This document shows, in pieces, positions 34,501-43,554 of a DNA stretch of 64,000 bases (position 1 is the stretch's first letter; every line of letters starts with the position of its first letter). The notes below the pieces were generated by a model. It did not search any database, was not told the origin of the DNA, and saw nothing but the letters and a program-made list of their open reading frames with translations. Origin of the DNA: Nitrososphaeria archaeon. Its GTDB lineage: Archaea; Thermoproteota; Nitrososphaeria; JACIWG01. Position numbers and translations under genes: made by a program. Where the stretch lies: positions 50,911 through 114,910 of the forward strand of contig JARVJP010000009.1 of the NCBI GenBank assembly GCA_029776065.1. The letters run 5' to 3'.

Positions 34501-34751
34501 TTAAGAAACTCTAAAGCAACCTTATTGAACATATCTAGGTACTTAATCGGGTCTTTAAGAGTTATAACGGCAAGGTCACTATTATATCTAGAAAGGTCTG
34601 TATAATCAATAATAATAGAGTTAGCGTTCCTTTGTATTACATTATTTAATTGTATTCTATATTTAGGTTGCTTAAAGTCATCAAGCCATCCTTTAATAAA
34701 GATGGAAAATAGGTCTTTAATACGAGAATCAGATGAAACTTCCAATCCCAA
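31584..34751 (-). CDS. mcm: MCM replicative helicase, interrupted by an intein
   Basis: Zn-finger region, the Walker A motif split as GDPG|intein|TAKS, Walker B CAIDEFDKM, and the arginine-finger region SRFDLIF-like (TRFDLIF). The extein is 683 aa. Confidence 0.95.
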   Translation of the reverse strand: MGLEVSSDSRIKDLFSIFIKGWLDDFKQPKYRIQLNNVIQRNANSIIIDYTDLSRYNSDLAVITLKDPIKYLDMFNKVALEFLKEEDPEYAKKVEKYFLVRLRNLPEKCSLRKLDVNFLSKFVAVTGVVVRVSEVKPFLIEAAWKCSKGHVNYVVQKDERIIKKPEKCNECDETEFFTFDSLKSIYINFQVLRIQELPEELPPGQLPRQLDIRLYGDIVDMARPGDRVTVTGTLKAEEEYSSRGSRLRTFNAILEGNYVEVLGKAPEDIVIDKSDEIKFKELAKRPDWIKMLINSFSPSIYGHDLLKEAILLLIVGAPQTTLPDGTTLRGDINILLIGDPGCLVFDERVILGNGSIVKIGRIGENHLQRLSVQVLTGEERDKKATATTYHVYRSQPVMEVITESGKSIKGTFNHPLLTQRFDGGKIVQEWKRLDEIKVGDRLVVVTSIPCTITKYLPTTFKPLERHRFGPKFKGKFPKLLTPELASFLGYMLGSGWVSSDGYRFGFTVTRSEKEILQKLCCMVENLFGLRSHIKTQIGRRRKAPVHYVYYYSRDANYNLKFLREKRVPELILSSGNKVVAFFLKWLYESNGIILKKGRSNGAICFKAKNIELLRDVQILLLRFAIYSKIVRNTLIINQKEDIARFGRYIDFVSRKKKDAIIQLASHSPKLQRFRKQRTEKVVKVLKAGEIADVYDIEVPGKHRFIANGIISHNTAKSELLKYSARLAPRGLYTSGKGSTAAGLTAAMVREKSGMLMLEAGAVVLADQGICAIDEFDKMSSTDRQALHEAMEQQTVSVAKGGVVVTLNARTSILSAANPLLGKYDPYKNLAENINLPSPLLTRFDLIFVIRDVPERAVDEQIASHIMAIRRSRTFVQKPPLNIEFLRKYLLYCKNIQPVITPEAERMLIDFYLEMRSQVESQAIPVTPRQLESLIRLAIARARLLLRNEVTKEDAAEAITLTKNMLYTVAIDKKTGKIDMGTITGVTASERSKLEIVFQKYKELAGPTNEPVELNTLIKSIVETGKFNEVEAKIYFSQLEQKGVFYMVKPGYYRRA
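32613..33728 (-). mobile_element. intein (372 aa) in the MCM P-loop, with a degenerate LAGLIDADG endonuclease domain
   Basis: Begins with Cys (TGC, 33728..33726) right after GDPG. It has block B TFNHP, ends ...IISHN (AAT, 32615..32613), and the +1 residue is Thr of TAKS. The two LAGLIDADG-like helices are FLGYMLGSGW and FLKWLYESNG. Confidence 0.9.
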
Positions 34752-34753
34752 TT

Positions 34754-35308
34754 CTAGACGCCCTCTTTAAATATTGAAGAAGAAAATTCTCTTACATTTT
34801 TTTGAATCATTTGTAAAAGAATGCGCTCCTCCAAAGTAAGCTTAGGTAGGATTTCACTTGAATCGGAATAAGCACGTGAATAATGTAAGAGCTTCCTTAT
34901 CCTAATACTAACAAGGTCCAAGGCATCGTTTCTGATCTTAATCAAATCATTTCCTACTAAAAGGTCAGAAGGAGTTGAGGCTTTCTTATTAATATAATCA
35001 ACTAGATGTACATAAAAGTCATCTGGGAGTTGGGAAAGGTTAACTGAGTCCTTAAGAAGCTTTTCCTTTGCAACACTTCTAAAGAAATCCTCGTCAAATC
35101 GTTCCTCTTGAACTTCGACAAACCCATGTTTTTCGAGAACGTTAGCAACCCAAAATGGTATTGACAAAGTCGAACCCTCAATTACATTATCAAGTTCAAA
35201 GGATCCGAGTTTTATGTTAGATAATGAAGATTTAAAGACTACTTTAACATACTTTATCGAATGTCCTAAACGCCTAATTTCAAACAATTCCTTTATCGAC
35301 ATCGACAC
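34754..35308 (-). CDS. gins23: GINS subunit, Gins23-type
   Basis: The gene is immediately upstream of mcm. An N-terminal beta-domain motif IPFWVANVLEKHG (cf. the VPLWLA motif of Psf2/3) is followed by a C-terminal helical domain (LTLEERILLQ), which is the B-A order of Gins23. Confidence 0.6.
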   Translation of the reverse strand: MSMSIKELFEIRRLGHSIKYVKVVFKSSLSNIKLGSFELDNVIEGSTLSIPFWVANVLEKHGFVEVQEERFDEDFFRSVAKEKLLKDSVNLSQLPDDFYVHLVDYINKKASTPSDLLVGNDLIKIRNDALDLVSIRIRKLLHYSRAYSDSSEILPKLTLEERILLQMIQKNVREFSSSIFKEGV

Positions 35309-35440
35309 CTTAATCGCAACATTATGATTTATACAGAATTAAAAGCTTTAATAAAACATATGTGAAACAGCATAAGAGTAGGTTTTATTGGAAAAACTCT
35401 TTGAGACTTACACTTATATCTGTTAACTTTTATTGGTAAA

Positions 35441-36409
35441 GTGAGAAAGGGAATGAGCCTAGAAGAACTAATGTGGGTTGAAAAATACAGGCCTAAAGAA
35501 CTCCGTGAAGTTGTTAATCAACAAGATGTAATAGAGAGAATCAGACCGTTAATAGAGAAACCAACAGAGATGCCTCATCTTCTTTTCGCAGGACCACCTG
35601 GAACAGGAAAGACAACTGTAGCATTAATTCTAGCTAAAACACTATTGGGCCCAGTTTGGAGAGATTATACATTAGAACTTAACGCATCTGATGAGAGAGG
35701 GATAAAGATTGTAAGAGAGAGGATAAAGACATTTGCCGGTTATGTGGACAGAAGCGTAAACATTCCTTTTAGGCTTATAATTTTAGATGAAGCAGATGAA
35801 ATGACACATGATGCTCAAACTGCACTAAGAAGGATTATGGAAGAAAGTTCAAAACACACTAGATTCATTTTGATCTGTAACTATTCATCTCAAATAATTG
35901 AACCCTTACAAAGCCGTTGCGCTATCTTCAGATTTCGAAGGCTTGAAAAAGAAGAAGTTCTTCAACATTTATCTGAAATCTGTAAAAAGGAAGGAGTTGA
36001 ATTTGAGGAAGGAAGTCTTGAACTTTTATATGAGATAACAGAAGGAGACCTAAGACATACGATAAACCTACTTCAATCGGCAGTTACAGGTGGAGTTATC
36101 ACCAAAGAAAGTGTCAAAAAACAGGCTGGAACAATGGGCATAGAAAATGTCCGAAAGATGGTTGATTACGCCATAAAAGGGAAGTTTAACGAGGCTCGAA
36201 AAATTCTTGTCGAACTACTTAACATAAATGGAGTTTCTGAAACAGAAATAATTAAGATGACTAGTGAAGTCCTTATGCGCGATGATAGAGTAGACCATGG
36301 GAAGGCGGCAGAGATTATTGCAGAATATGATTATCGACTCGCTATGGGAGCACATCCTGAAATACAACTTACCGCTTTACTTTCAGAAATTGAAGACTTT
36401 TTAAAGTGA
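35441..36409 (+). CDS. rfcS: replication factor C small subunit
   Basis: WVEKYRPK, FAGPPGTGKTT, ILDEADEMT and SRC motifs. The probable start is ATG 35453. Confidence 0.93.
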   Translation: MRKGMSLEELMWVEKYRPKELREVVNQQDVIERIRPLIEKPTEMPHLLFAGPPGTGKTTVALILAKTLLGPVWRDYTLELNASDERGIKIVRERIKTFAGYVDRSVNIPFRLIILDEADEMTHDAQTALRRIMEESSKHTRFILICNYSSQIIEPLQSRCAIFRFRRLEKEEVLQHLSEICKKEGVEFEEGSLELLYEITEGDLRHTINLLQSAVTGGVITKESVKKQAGTMGIENVRKMVDYAIKGKFNEARKILVELLNINGVSETEIIKMTSEVLMRDDRVDHGKAAEIIAEYDYRLAMGAHPEIQLTALLSEIEDFLK

Positions 36410-37695
36410 TAAAATTGAAATTGGAACCTCCTAGAGGCTTAAGGGACATAGAACCAAAGGAATTCGAGAAGATAGAATGGTTAAGAGAGAAGTTTATGAA
36501 CACTTTAGATCTTTTTGGCTTTAAAAAAATGGAGCCTTCACCAATAGAAAACTTGGAGACTTTAGAAGCTAAAAGTGGGCCTTCAATAGTGAATGAGATA
36601 TATTATTTCAAAGATAAATCTCAGAGAGACTTAGGACTTAGGTTCGATTTAACTGTCGGAATAAGTAGATATGTATCATCTAGAAGGGATCTTGAGCTAC
36701 CGATAAAGATTGGCTCCTTTTCAGGGGTTTGGAGATATGATGAACCTCAATATGGGCGTTACAGGTGGTTCTTTCAATGGGATACTGAAATATTTGGAAG
36801 ACCATGTGTGAGGTCGGATGCAGAAGTTATCGAATTTTCAAAGGTATATTTTGATAAGGTTGGACTAAGGCAAGTAAATATTGAGATAAACGATAGAGAA
36901 GTAGTAGAAGAATATATAACAAAAATTTTAGGTGTAAAAGATGAAGAAGGTAAAAGTGAACTCTTAAGGATGCTTGACAAGACTACAAAAAAGACAGAAG
37001 GTCAAATAATTGATGAATATTTAAAAAAAGGTTTCAGTAAAGAGAAGGTGGAAAAGGTACTTTCAGTAGGAAAGATCGTTGGTGAACCAACATCTGTACT
37101 TTCTGAACTGGAAAGACTAGGCCTTAAAAAAACGGAAAGTCTTAGATCGATTGTGGAGGAGCTTGAAGCTCGTGAAATAAGTAATTTTAGGATAAATCTA
37201 GGTATAGTTAGAGGAATTGATTATTATAGTGGAATAGTCTATGAATTCTATGACGAGCCGCTTAGTAAACTCGCAGTAGCAGGCGGTGGAAGGTATGATA
37301 AACTTATGCAAAGCTTTGGTAGAAACGACATTTCAGCCACAGGAGTAGCAGGAGGTGTTGAAAGATTAATTATGGCTTTAGAACGAAGGAATGTCTCACC
37401 AAGTATTAGCCAAAAAAGGGTCTTCGTTGCATATACAACAGAACGATTAAAGTTCAAAGCACAAAAGATCACTGCCAAGTTACGAGAAAACGATTATCCT
37501 GCTGAAACCGATCTTTATTCCAGAGACTTTAGGAAACAGTTAGCTTACGCCTTGAAACATAGTCGATATCTAGTGATTATTGCTCCAGAAGAAGATAAAA
37601 AACAGAAGTGCATATTAAGAGATCTACAAAGTGGAGAAGAAGAAACAGTTGAATATGATAAATTGTTGGAGAAGGTTATTGGCTTTAAACATTAA
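36406..37695 (+). CDS. hisS: histidine--tRNA ligase
   Basis: Class II motifs (GLRFDLTV, WRYDEPQYGRYRWFFQWDTEIFG, AGGGRYD). The GTG start overlaps the rfcS stop. Confidence 0.9.
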   Translation: MIKLKLEPPRGLRDIEPKEFEKIEWLREKFMNTLDLFGFKKMEPSPIENLETLEAKSGPSIVNEIYYFKDKSQRDLGLRFDLTVGISRYVSSRRDLELPIKIGSFSGVWRYDEPQYGRYRWFFQWDTEIFGRPCVRSDAEVIEFSKVYFDKVGLRQVNIEINDREVVEEYITKILGVKDEEGKSELLRMLDKTTKKTEGQIIDEYLKKGFSKEKVEKVLSVGKIVGEPTSVLSELERLGLKKTESLRSIVEELEAREISNFRINLGIVRGIDYYSGIVYEFYDEPLSKLAVAGGGRYDKLMQSFGRNDISATGVAGGVERLIMALERRNVSPSISQKRVFVAYTTERLKFKAQKITAKLRENDYPAETDLYSRDFRKQLAYALKHSRYLVIIAPEEDKKQKCILRDLQSGEEETVEYDKLLEKVIGFKH

Positions 37696-37765
37696 ATTCT
37701 GCAATAGAAGAGCGTTATGTATTATAACTTAAAGTTCATTAACTACTTTACCTTCTTTCTACCAT

Positions 37766-38731
37766 ATGGAAGTTCGAAAAGTTCAAGAAACTGGAAATGG
37801 AACCCTGTTCACCACCTTACCAAAGGAATGGTGCAAGAAGCATGCTATAAATAAAGGAAGCATGCTAAGTATTGAGTTAAAAGAAGATGGACTTTTACTA
37901 ATTTACCCCTTTACAAAGGAAGATACCCGAAGTGAGATAACCTTCTCCTACGAACACAACGAACTTTACAAAATTATTGATAACATAATAGGATCCTATT
38001 TACTAGGGTATACTATAATAGAGGTAATTTCAAAAAATGCACTTAACATAGAGGAAAGAGATAAGATCCGTGATATTATTTCAAAACTAGTAGGCTTAGA
38101 GATTGTGGAAGAGACCTTTAATAGAATAAGGATAAAATTTATTCTAGACCCTAATGAGTTATCTCCAGATACTATATTTTCTAGGATGAGTTTTATTTCG
38201 GAGAGCATGATGACAGATATAATTAAGGCAATAGAACACAATTTTGACAGCAAAATTCTAGAAAGTGTTGTAAAAAGGGAGAACGAGCTAGATAGGCAAT
38301 ACTTTCTTCTTATAAGACTTTTGAGGACAATATTAATGCGTCCAAAGCTTTCAGTGCAATATAATATATCACCTATAGAGGTTATGGATAGAAGAATGGC
38401 GGCTTACTTTTTAGAACTAGTAGGTGATTTAACGGCAAGCTTCTCTGAAGAACTTAAAGAAAAAGCACCGATCTTTCTAAAAGAAATTAATATAGCCCAT
38501 TTCAAGGAACTTATGCTAAACGTCATAGAAATATATCATAAATCAATAACCGCAGTTTTGAAGAAAAACAGACATTACGCAGAAGGGGTAAATGATGAAT
38601 ATGAAAAAATTAGTGAAATTTTATCTCAAACACCGAAGGAAAACATACACCTAATCAACCTTTTGGATTATTTATTAAAAGTATCAAAAGCAACGGTGGA
38701 CATCACAGACCTAGCTGCTGCGCTCTATTAA
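37766..38731 (+). CDS. AbrB/SpoVT-domain plus PhoU-like regulator
   Basis: The N-terminus VRKVQETGNGTLFTTLPKEWCKKHAINKGSML is an AbrB-type swapped hairpin. The helical remainder looks like an archaeal PhoU-domain protein. Confidence 0.6.
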   Translation: MEVRKVQETGNGTLFTTLPKEWCKKHAINKGSMLSIELKEDGLLLIYPFTKEDTRSEITFSYEHNELYKIIDNIIGSYLLGYTIIEVISKNALNIEERDKIRDIISKLVGLEIVEETFNRIRIKFILDPNELSPDTIFSRMSFISESMMTDIIKAIEHNFDSKILESVVKRENELDRQYFLLIRLLRTILMRPKLSVQYNISPIEVMDRRMAAYFLELVGDLTASFSEELKEKAPIFLKEINIAHFKELMLNVIEIYHKSITAVLKKNRHYAEGVNDEYEKISEILSQTPKENIHLINLLDYLLKVSKATVDITDLAAALY

Positions 38732-38874
38732 AAAAGACAGTAAAAGAAAATTTTTCAGATAAAGCATATCTTTAGGTACTAAAGACTCTAAATTTTGTTC
38801 TAACCCAATATCTAGTGCATATACTCTGATTTAATATGTAGATACAATTTTTATGATAGCACATAACTTTGCAA

Positions 38875-39465
38875 TTAAAACCCAACCGTTGTTCCTAAGA
38901 CAAACATTTCTATGAAGGTTAAAGTTATAAAAACCACAAAAACGAGTATTGCTCTATTTTCTTTCGCTTTATAAAGGGTCATAGGACCAAGATAAAATTG
39001 GATTGCAAAAGAGTAAAAGCCTGCAAATAAAGAGATATATGGCAAAAAACCCCCAAGCAAACATGGACCTGCACCATAACATGCAGCCTTCCAAGCATTC
39101 AAAATAGTTCCTTGCCCACCAATAAGTCTATAAATCAAATGTAAAAAAAAGGCTAGAAAAACGATGAACGGGATGGAGAATGCAAATATTAAAACCATCT
39201 CAAATAGATATACATAGATACCATAGCTAAAAAGGTTCTTTAAAAAGTTGTATGCCAAAATTTGTGCTTGGTAAGATGACGAAAAATCTGTACTTTCTAT
39301 ACCTAAATAATTAACGAATGAAGTAGCAATAGAAATGACTAATGTAACTTGTAAGAAGAAAAGGAATGAGGGTAACCAGCCTTCATTTTGCACATCAACA
39401 AAAAATTTGATTGGATTAGTTAGTAGATTTACAAGCTTCCTTGTAAAGTTGGTCACAACCATCAT
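38875..39465 (-). CDS. Yip1-like integral membrane protein
   Basis: 196 aa with five hydrophobic helices after a short cytoplasmic N-terminus. The family call is tentative. Confidence 0.4.
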   Translation of the reverse strand: MMVVTNFTRKLVNLLTNPIKFFVDVQNEGWLPSFLFFLQVTLVISIATSFVNYLGIESTDFSSSYQAQILAYNFLKNLFSYGIYVYLFEMVLIFAFSIPFIVFLAFFLHLIYRLIGGQGTILNAWKAACYGAGPCLLGGFLPYISLFAGFYSFAIQFYLGPMTLYKAKENRAILVFVVFITLTFIEMFVLGTTVGF

Positions 39466-39586
39466 TGTGCTAACTTGTTAATGATAAATATAAATCTTGG
39501 CATTCCTTTAAACCAAAAAATAAAGAAATGATTTAAAAGAAAAAATATTCAATAACATTTTTATAACATAACACTAAAAAATTATT

Positions 39587-40018
39587 ATGCCTTCGGTCAA
39601 AAACATGATTTTGGTTTGGCAGGGGAACTATCGTTTCTTAGCCAAAAATGAGAAGGGGCTTTCTGTTAATTTTGATGCGCCTATACCAAATGGGGGGGAA
39701 GAAACAGCACTATCGCCAATGGAGAATGTTCTAGCAAGTTTAGCTGCATGTAGTAGTTATCATGTCATCTCAATATTAAGAAAGAAGAGGCAAAACTTCT
39801 CAGATTATTCAGTAGAGATGGTGGCGGATAGAAGAGATGAGCCACCAAGAGTATTCCTAAGTATTCATCTAAAATATATTATAAAAGGAAAGAATGTTAG
39901 TGAAGAAGCTGTCAAATCAGCAATAAGACTCTCTGAAGAAAAATACTGCTCAGTTGGCGGGATGTTAAAAAACTCAGTTAAAATAACATCTTCATATAAA
40001 ATATTAAAAGAACAGTGA
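39587..40018 (+). CDS. OsmC/Ohr-family protein
   Basis: SPMENVLASLAACSSYHV and EKYCSVGGMLK contain the two conserved Cys blocks. Confidence 0.8.
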   Translation: MPSVKNMILVWQGNYRFLAKNEKGLSVNFDAPIPNGGEETALSPMENVLASLAACSSYHVISILRKKRQNFSDYSVEMVADRRDEPPRVFLSIHLKYIIKGKNVSEEAVKSAIRLSEEKYCSVGGMLKNSVKITSSYKILKEQ

Positions 40019-40202
40019 TAGAACTGATTTGTCTAGACCTTGTCAACTAAAGATTTGATGGCTAAAAGTTTTCATATAGAAGTAATTGTACTTAAACATC
40101 TCATTTAAAGCTTAATCTTAGCATAATCTATAAGTGTATCTGTTCAAAGACTTATAATAAATGGAAAGATTATTTGATTCATGGCATATAAGAGTTTGAT
40201 GA

Positions 40203-40298
40203 TAGCCCGGACCAGAGTTTCGGTCTTATCTTTAAGACTTTCGAACTGGTGTCAACGGGTCCAAAGCCCGCTATGCTTGACCACTACACCACCGGGCT
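40203..40298 (-). tRNA. tRNA-Gln(UUG) with a 23-nt intron at position 59/60 (T-loop)
   Basis: I folded this cloverleaf by hand. Acceptor AGCCCGG/CCGGGCU with A73; D-arm GUGU..GCAU; anticodon arm GCGGG-CUUUGGA-CCCGU (anticodon at 40262..40264); T-stem ACCAG/CUGGU. The T-loop is 30 nt unless 23 nt are removed. No CCA is encoded. Confidence 0.88.
40217..40239 (-). other. BHB intron of tRNA-Gln (non-canonical 59/60 position)
   Basis: The central 4-bp helix is UUCG(54-57)/CGAA, the 3-nt bulges are AAA and ACU, and the inner hairpin is GUCUUA-AAGA-UAAGAC. Cutting after the 2nd nt of each bulge leaves the canonical T-loop UUCGAAU. Confidence 0.8.
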
Positions 40299-40326
40299 AT
40301 ATGCTCACTATTCATATAGTGATGCT

Positions 40327-41385
40327 TTAAACTTTTTTCCCAATTTCATTAAGCTTCGACGCAATGAGGTCTCTTGGGTCATGCATCAAATTCCACAGCA
40401 TACTCGATCTTTTTTTATAAGTCTCTCTGAGATTTTTATTAAAAAGCAAACAAGCAAGAAGTTTCATACACCGATTAAGATTGCTCGGTCTATATATCAA
40501 CTTTTTATTAATTAAAAATTTTTCTACTATAGTTGGTTGTCCTGGATAAGCAGATATCGTTGGAACACCCAGTAGAGCTGCTTCATGATTCATCGTACCA
40601 CCTAAACCGATAAACACATCAGAAGATTTAATTAGACTTGGCCCATCTACTGTAAAGTCTAAGAAGATTACTCGACCATCGATTTCTGCAGCCAGTTTAG
40701 AATGTTGGTTTTTATACCTCAATAATATTATGATATTAGTTTCTTCTTGATAATTCCTAACAACCTCTTTGATAAGCTCGAATATGTAGCCTTTCATGCC
40801 GAATAGGTAAGATGCGTATTCTTCATGCATCCTTATTGTAATTGTAGGCTTGTTTTGAAGATTTAGTTCTTTCTTCATATCTTTAAACCTCCAATCTTTT
40901 ATCCAAAAAGCTGCGTCTATTGCTTTATATCTAACAATATTAGTTCCAGATATTCCGTAACATAGCCAAGCTTTTTTAGGAATCACCCATGGAGAGAATA
41001 ACTTAACAGATAAAGGTATAGTTAGCTTTGAAGCTTGAACAGCGTGAGGACTGTCACTAAAGTTTACATGGGGTATCCCAAGACCGTAGGAGACTCTTGC
41101 ACATTCTGGAGACGAAAACGATAGTGCAAGATTGAAGCCCTTTCCATTAATTACCCTAGCAAGAGCTTCTGTTCTTTTAGAACTCTCAATTAATTTATCG
41201 TACCTGGTCATTCCATGGCAACCAACTACATTAAGGTCATAGTTTATTATAGAACCAAGCTCATATCCACCATATCCTGCTCTAGTAGTAGAAAAAACTT
41301 CATGGCCATCTTTAATTAGCCATTTTCTGATCACGTTAAAAAAAAGCGCTTGTTTGGGTGTTAAAGCATCTATCCAAATTTTCAT
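40327..41385 (-). CDS. DUF354-family protein (glycosyltransferase/epimerase-like fold)
   Basis: The N-terminus MKIWIDALTPKQALFFNVIRKWLIKDGHEV matches the DUF354 N-terminal signature as I recall it. 352 aa. Confidence 0.6.
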   Translation of the reverse strand: MKIWIDALTPKQALFFNVIRKWLIKDGHEVFSTTRAGYGGYELGSIINYDLNVVGCHGMTRYDKLIESSKRTEALARVINGKGFNLALSFSSPECARVSYGLGIPHVNFSDSPHAVQASKLTIPLSVKLFSPWVIPKKAWLCYGISGTNIVRYKAIDAAFWIKDWRFKDMKKELNLQNKPTITIRMHEEYASYLFGMKGYIFELIKEVVRNYQEETNIIILLRYKNQHSKLAAEIDGRVIFLDFTVDGPSLIKSSDVFIGLGGTMNHEAALLGVPTISAYPGQPTIVEKFLINKKLIYRPSNLNRCMKLLACLLFNKNLRETYKKRSSMLWNLMHDPRDLIASKLNEIGKKV

Positions 41386-41424
41386 TTTTTAGCACAAAAC
41401 TATATAATAGTTTAGGTTTTAAAT

Positions 41425-42564
41425 TTGTTGATGGCGTGGAATAAAAAACATCTTGCAGTTTACGGCTTAAGTACTGAAGGATATCAAATAGCAATGAAAT
41501 TCTCAGAAAGAGGATACGAGACTACAATAGTTGACGAAAGACTTAATTCCCCGATTAAGCTTGAAAGAAGAAGCTTTTCCAGAAACAAGACCGTTGACGA
41601 ATTCTTCGAAGAAGATAATCTAGCAGAAATCACATCACTGCAAGATAGTATTTCCTGCGCCAACTTTATAATATACTGCCCGAAGATAAGGTGTGATACA
41701 TCTGAGATTTATTATCAATACGATCGCTCATTAAAAGAAATTGTACCATTATTATCCAAAAACACAATTTTAGTTTTTTGGATTCCATTAGGTTTGGATG
41801 GACAAAGCCAGATAATAAGTATGGTTCAAAAATATACAAATTTAAAAGATAATCAATATGGATTAGTGTTTTTGCCTCCTTTTTTTGATGAGAAACTTAA
41901 TGTGGTAGGGTCTTTTGGTAACACAAGCAATAGCTTAGAAATTCTTAGTGAAGTTATTGGTAGAAAAATACTGACATCAACGGTTGAAGAGGCAGAAAGG
42001 GTGTTCTGTAACAAAATACTTGACAAGTTTTCGAACTTTACTTCTAAGTTCATAACTCTTTCTGGGTTAAATTATGCTTCTGAAGAACTGTTCTACTACA
42101 ACGACCTATTCTATTACTATACAGACCTAAAAATGATTTATAACACCAGTAAAAGGAGTAGCCAAATAAAAAGTTTTTCAAGTTCTCTGATGAGGATCGT
42201 TGAGAGTTATCCAAAAAGTCTTTTGAACTATATCAAGGACACAACAAAGGAAATGAACGTAAAGCCTAGCAGAGCAAAGATTACAATATTATGGAGCAAA
42301 AGTAATTATCATGTAAGACCTGATCTAGAAAGAGCCGCCTCAGATTTTTTGTCATTAATTCAAGACGTATTTGTTGACGTTAAAATATTTTCTTTTAGAG
42401 AATTGGTCGAGCAAAAGATACTTTCAACAACTTTGAGTCGAGACCCAAACTTTCTAATAACATGTTCAGAAACAGATTTCAACAATATAAAAGACAAGGC
42501 AAAAGAAAAAGAACAGACAATTATAGTTATTAAAGCCACTTTACCTCCTTCAAGGTTGACTTAG
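41425..42564 (+). CDS. hypothetical protein with a degenerate N-terminal Rossmann-like segment
   Basis: 379 aa. VYGLSTEGYQIAMKFSERGYETTIVDE resembles a degraded dinucleotide-binding motif. The gene sits in the sugar-modification cluster. Confidence 0.3.
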   Translation: MLMAWNKKHLAVYGLSTEGYQIAMKFSERGYETTIVDERLNSPIKLERRSFSRNKTVDEFFEEDNLAEITSLQDSISCANFIIYCPKIRCDTSEIYYQYDRSLKEIVPLLSKNTILVFWIPLGLDGQSQIISMVQKYTNLKDNQYGLVFLPPFFDEKLNVVGSFGNTSNSLEILSEVIGRKILTSTVEEAERVFCNKILDKFSNFTSKFITLSGLNYASEELFYYNDLFYYYTDLKMIYNTSKRSSQIKSFSSSLMRIVESYPKSLLNYIKDTTKEMNVKPSRAKITILWSKSNYHVRPDLERAASDFLSLIQDVFVDVKIFSFRELVEQKILSTTLSRDPNFLITCSETDFNNIKDKAKEKEQTIIVIKATLPPSRLT

Positions 42565-43503
42565 ATGGCTGACATAAAGATAGGTGTTATAGGTGTAGGA
42601 GGCTGGGGAAAGAATCACTTACGAGTTTTAAACGAGCTAAAAGTGTTAAACGCTTTATGTGACGTAGACGAAGATAAAACCAGGGAATATTCAAGGAAGT
42701 ACGGTGTTGAAGGATTCACCGATGTAGAGCGTTTTCTGAGAATAGACCTTGATGGGGTAATAATTAGCACACCAACAAAAACACATTTTGAAGTGGCTTC
42801 AAAGGTTATCCAAAACAGAAAGAATCTTCTAGTAGAAAAGCCTTTTACATATCAAGCTGAAGAGGGAGAAACTTTAATCAAAAAAGTAAAAGAAAATGGA
42901 GTAATTTTAACCGTAGGATTCATTGAAAGATTTAATCCAGCAATGAGGGAGGCAAAAAAGTTTGTGGAGCAAGGAATTATCGGAGAGCCACTTTATCTAG
43001 TTTTTATCAGAGAAAATAGATGGCCAGCACATATATTTGATGTAGGAGTTATTTTAGATACTACAATACATGATATTGACCTGTCTAGATGGTTCTTTGG
43101 AAAAGAACCTACAATGGTCTTTGCAAGAGCAGGAAGGTTCGGAATCGAAAGGGAAAGGGTTTCAGCTTTGATTTTAGGATTTCCAGAAGAGAGATCCTCG
43201 CTGATAATATCTAATTGGATTACACCAAAGAGGGTTAGACAACTTGAAATTGTAGGAGAAAACGGAGAAATTACTTTAGACTTCATAACGCAAGAGATCA
43301 AGGTCGATCTCGAAGATAGAACAACCATCCCAAGGATCAAATATGAGGAACCACTCGCTTTGGAGTTGAAGCATTTCATTGAATGCGTAAAAGAGCACAA
43401 ACAGCCAATGGTAACAGGAGAAGATGGTGTTAAAGCGACAAAGATAGCTCAAACAGCCTTAGCTTCAAACAAACTTGGCTCTGCAATTTTTATTGATCTC
43501 TGA
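42565..43503 (+). CDS. Gfo/Idh/MocA-family NAD-dependent sugar dehydrogenase (WbpB-like)
   Basis: IKIGVIGVGGWGKNHLR, LVEKP and the GFIERFNP block. Confidence 0.8.
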   Translation: MADIKIGVIGVGGWGKNHLRVLNELKVLNALCDVDEDKTREYSRKYGVEGFTDVERFLRIDLDGVIISTPTKTHFEVASKVIQNRKNLLVEKPFTYQAEEGETLIKKVKENGVILTVGFIERFNPAMREAKKFVEQGIIGEPLYLVFIRENRWPAHIFDVGVILDTTIHDIDLSRWFFGKEPTMVFARAGRFGIERERVSALILGFPEERSSLIISNWITPKRVRQLEIVGENGEITLDFITQEIKVDLEDRTTIPRIKYEEPLALELKHFIECVKEHKQPMVTGEDGVKATKIAQTALASNKLGSAIFIDL

Positions 43504-43554
43504 AAGAAAATAGTAAAATAGGAGAAAAATAAGACCATAAATTTAAGAGAAAAT

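Noticed and set aside
40249-40515. An 88-aa ORF, together with 47927..48130 and 56157..56423
   Set aside because: Each overlaps a tRNA gene (Gln, Pro and Gly respectively) and has no coding features.
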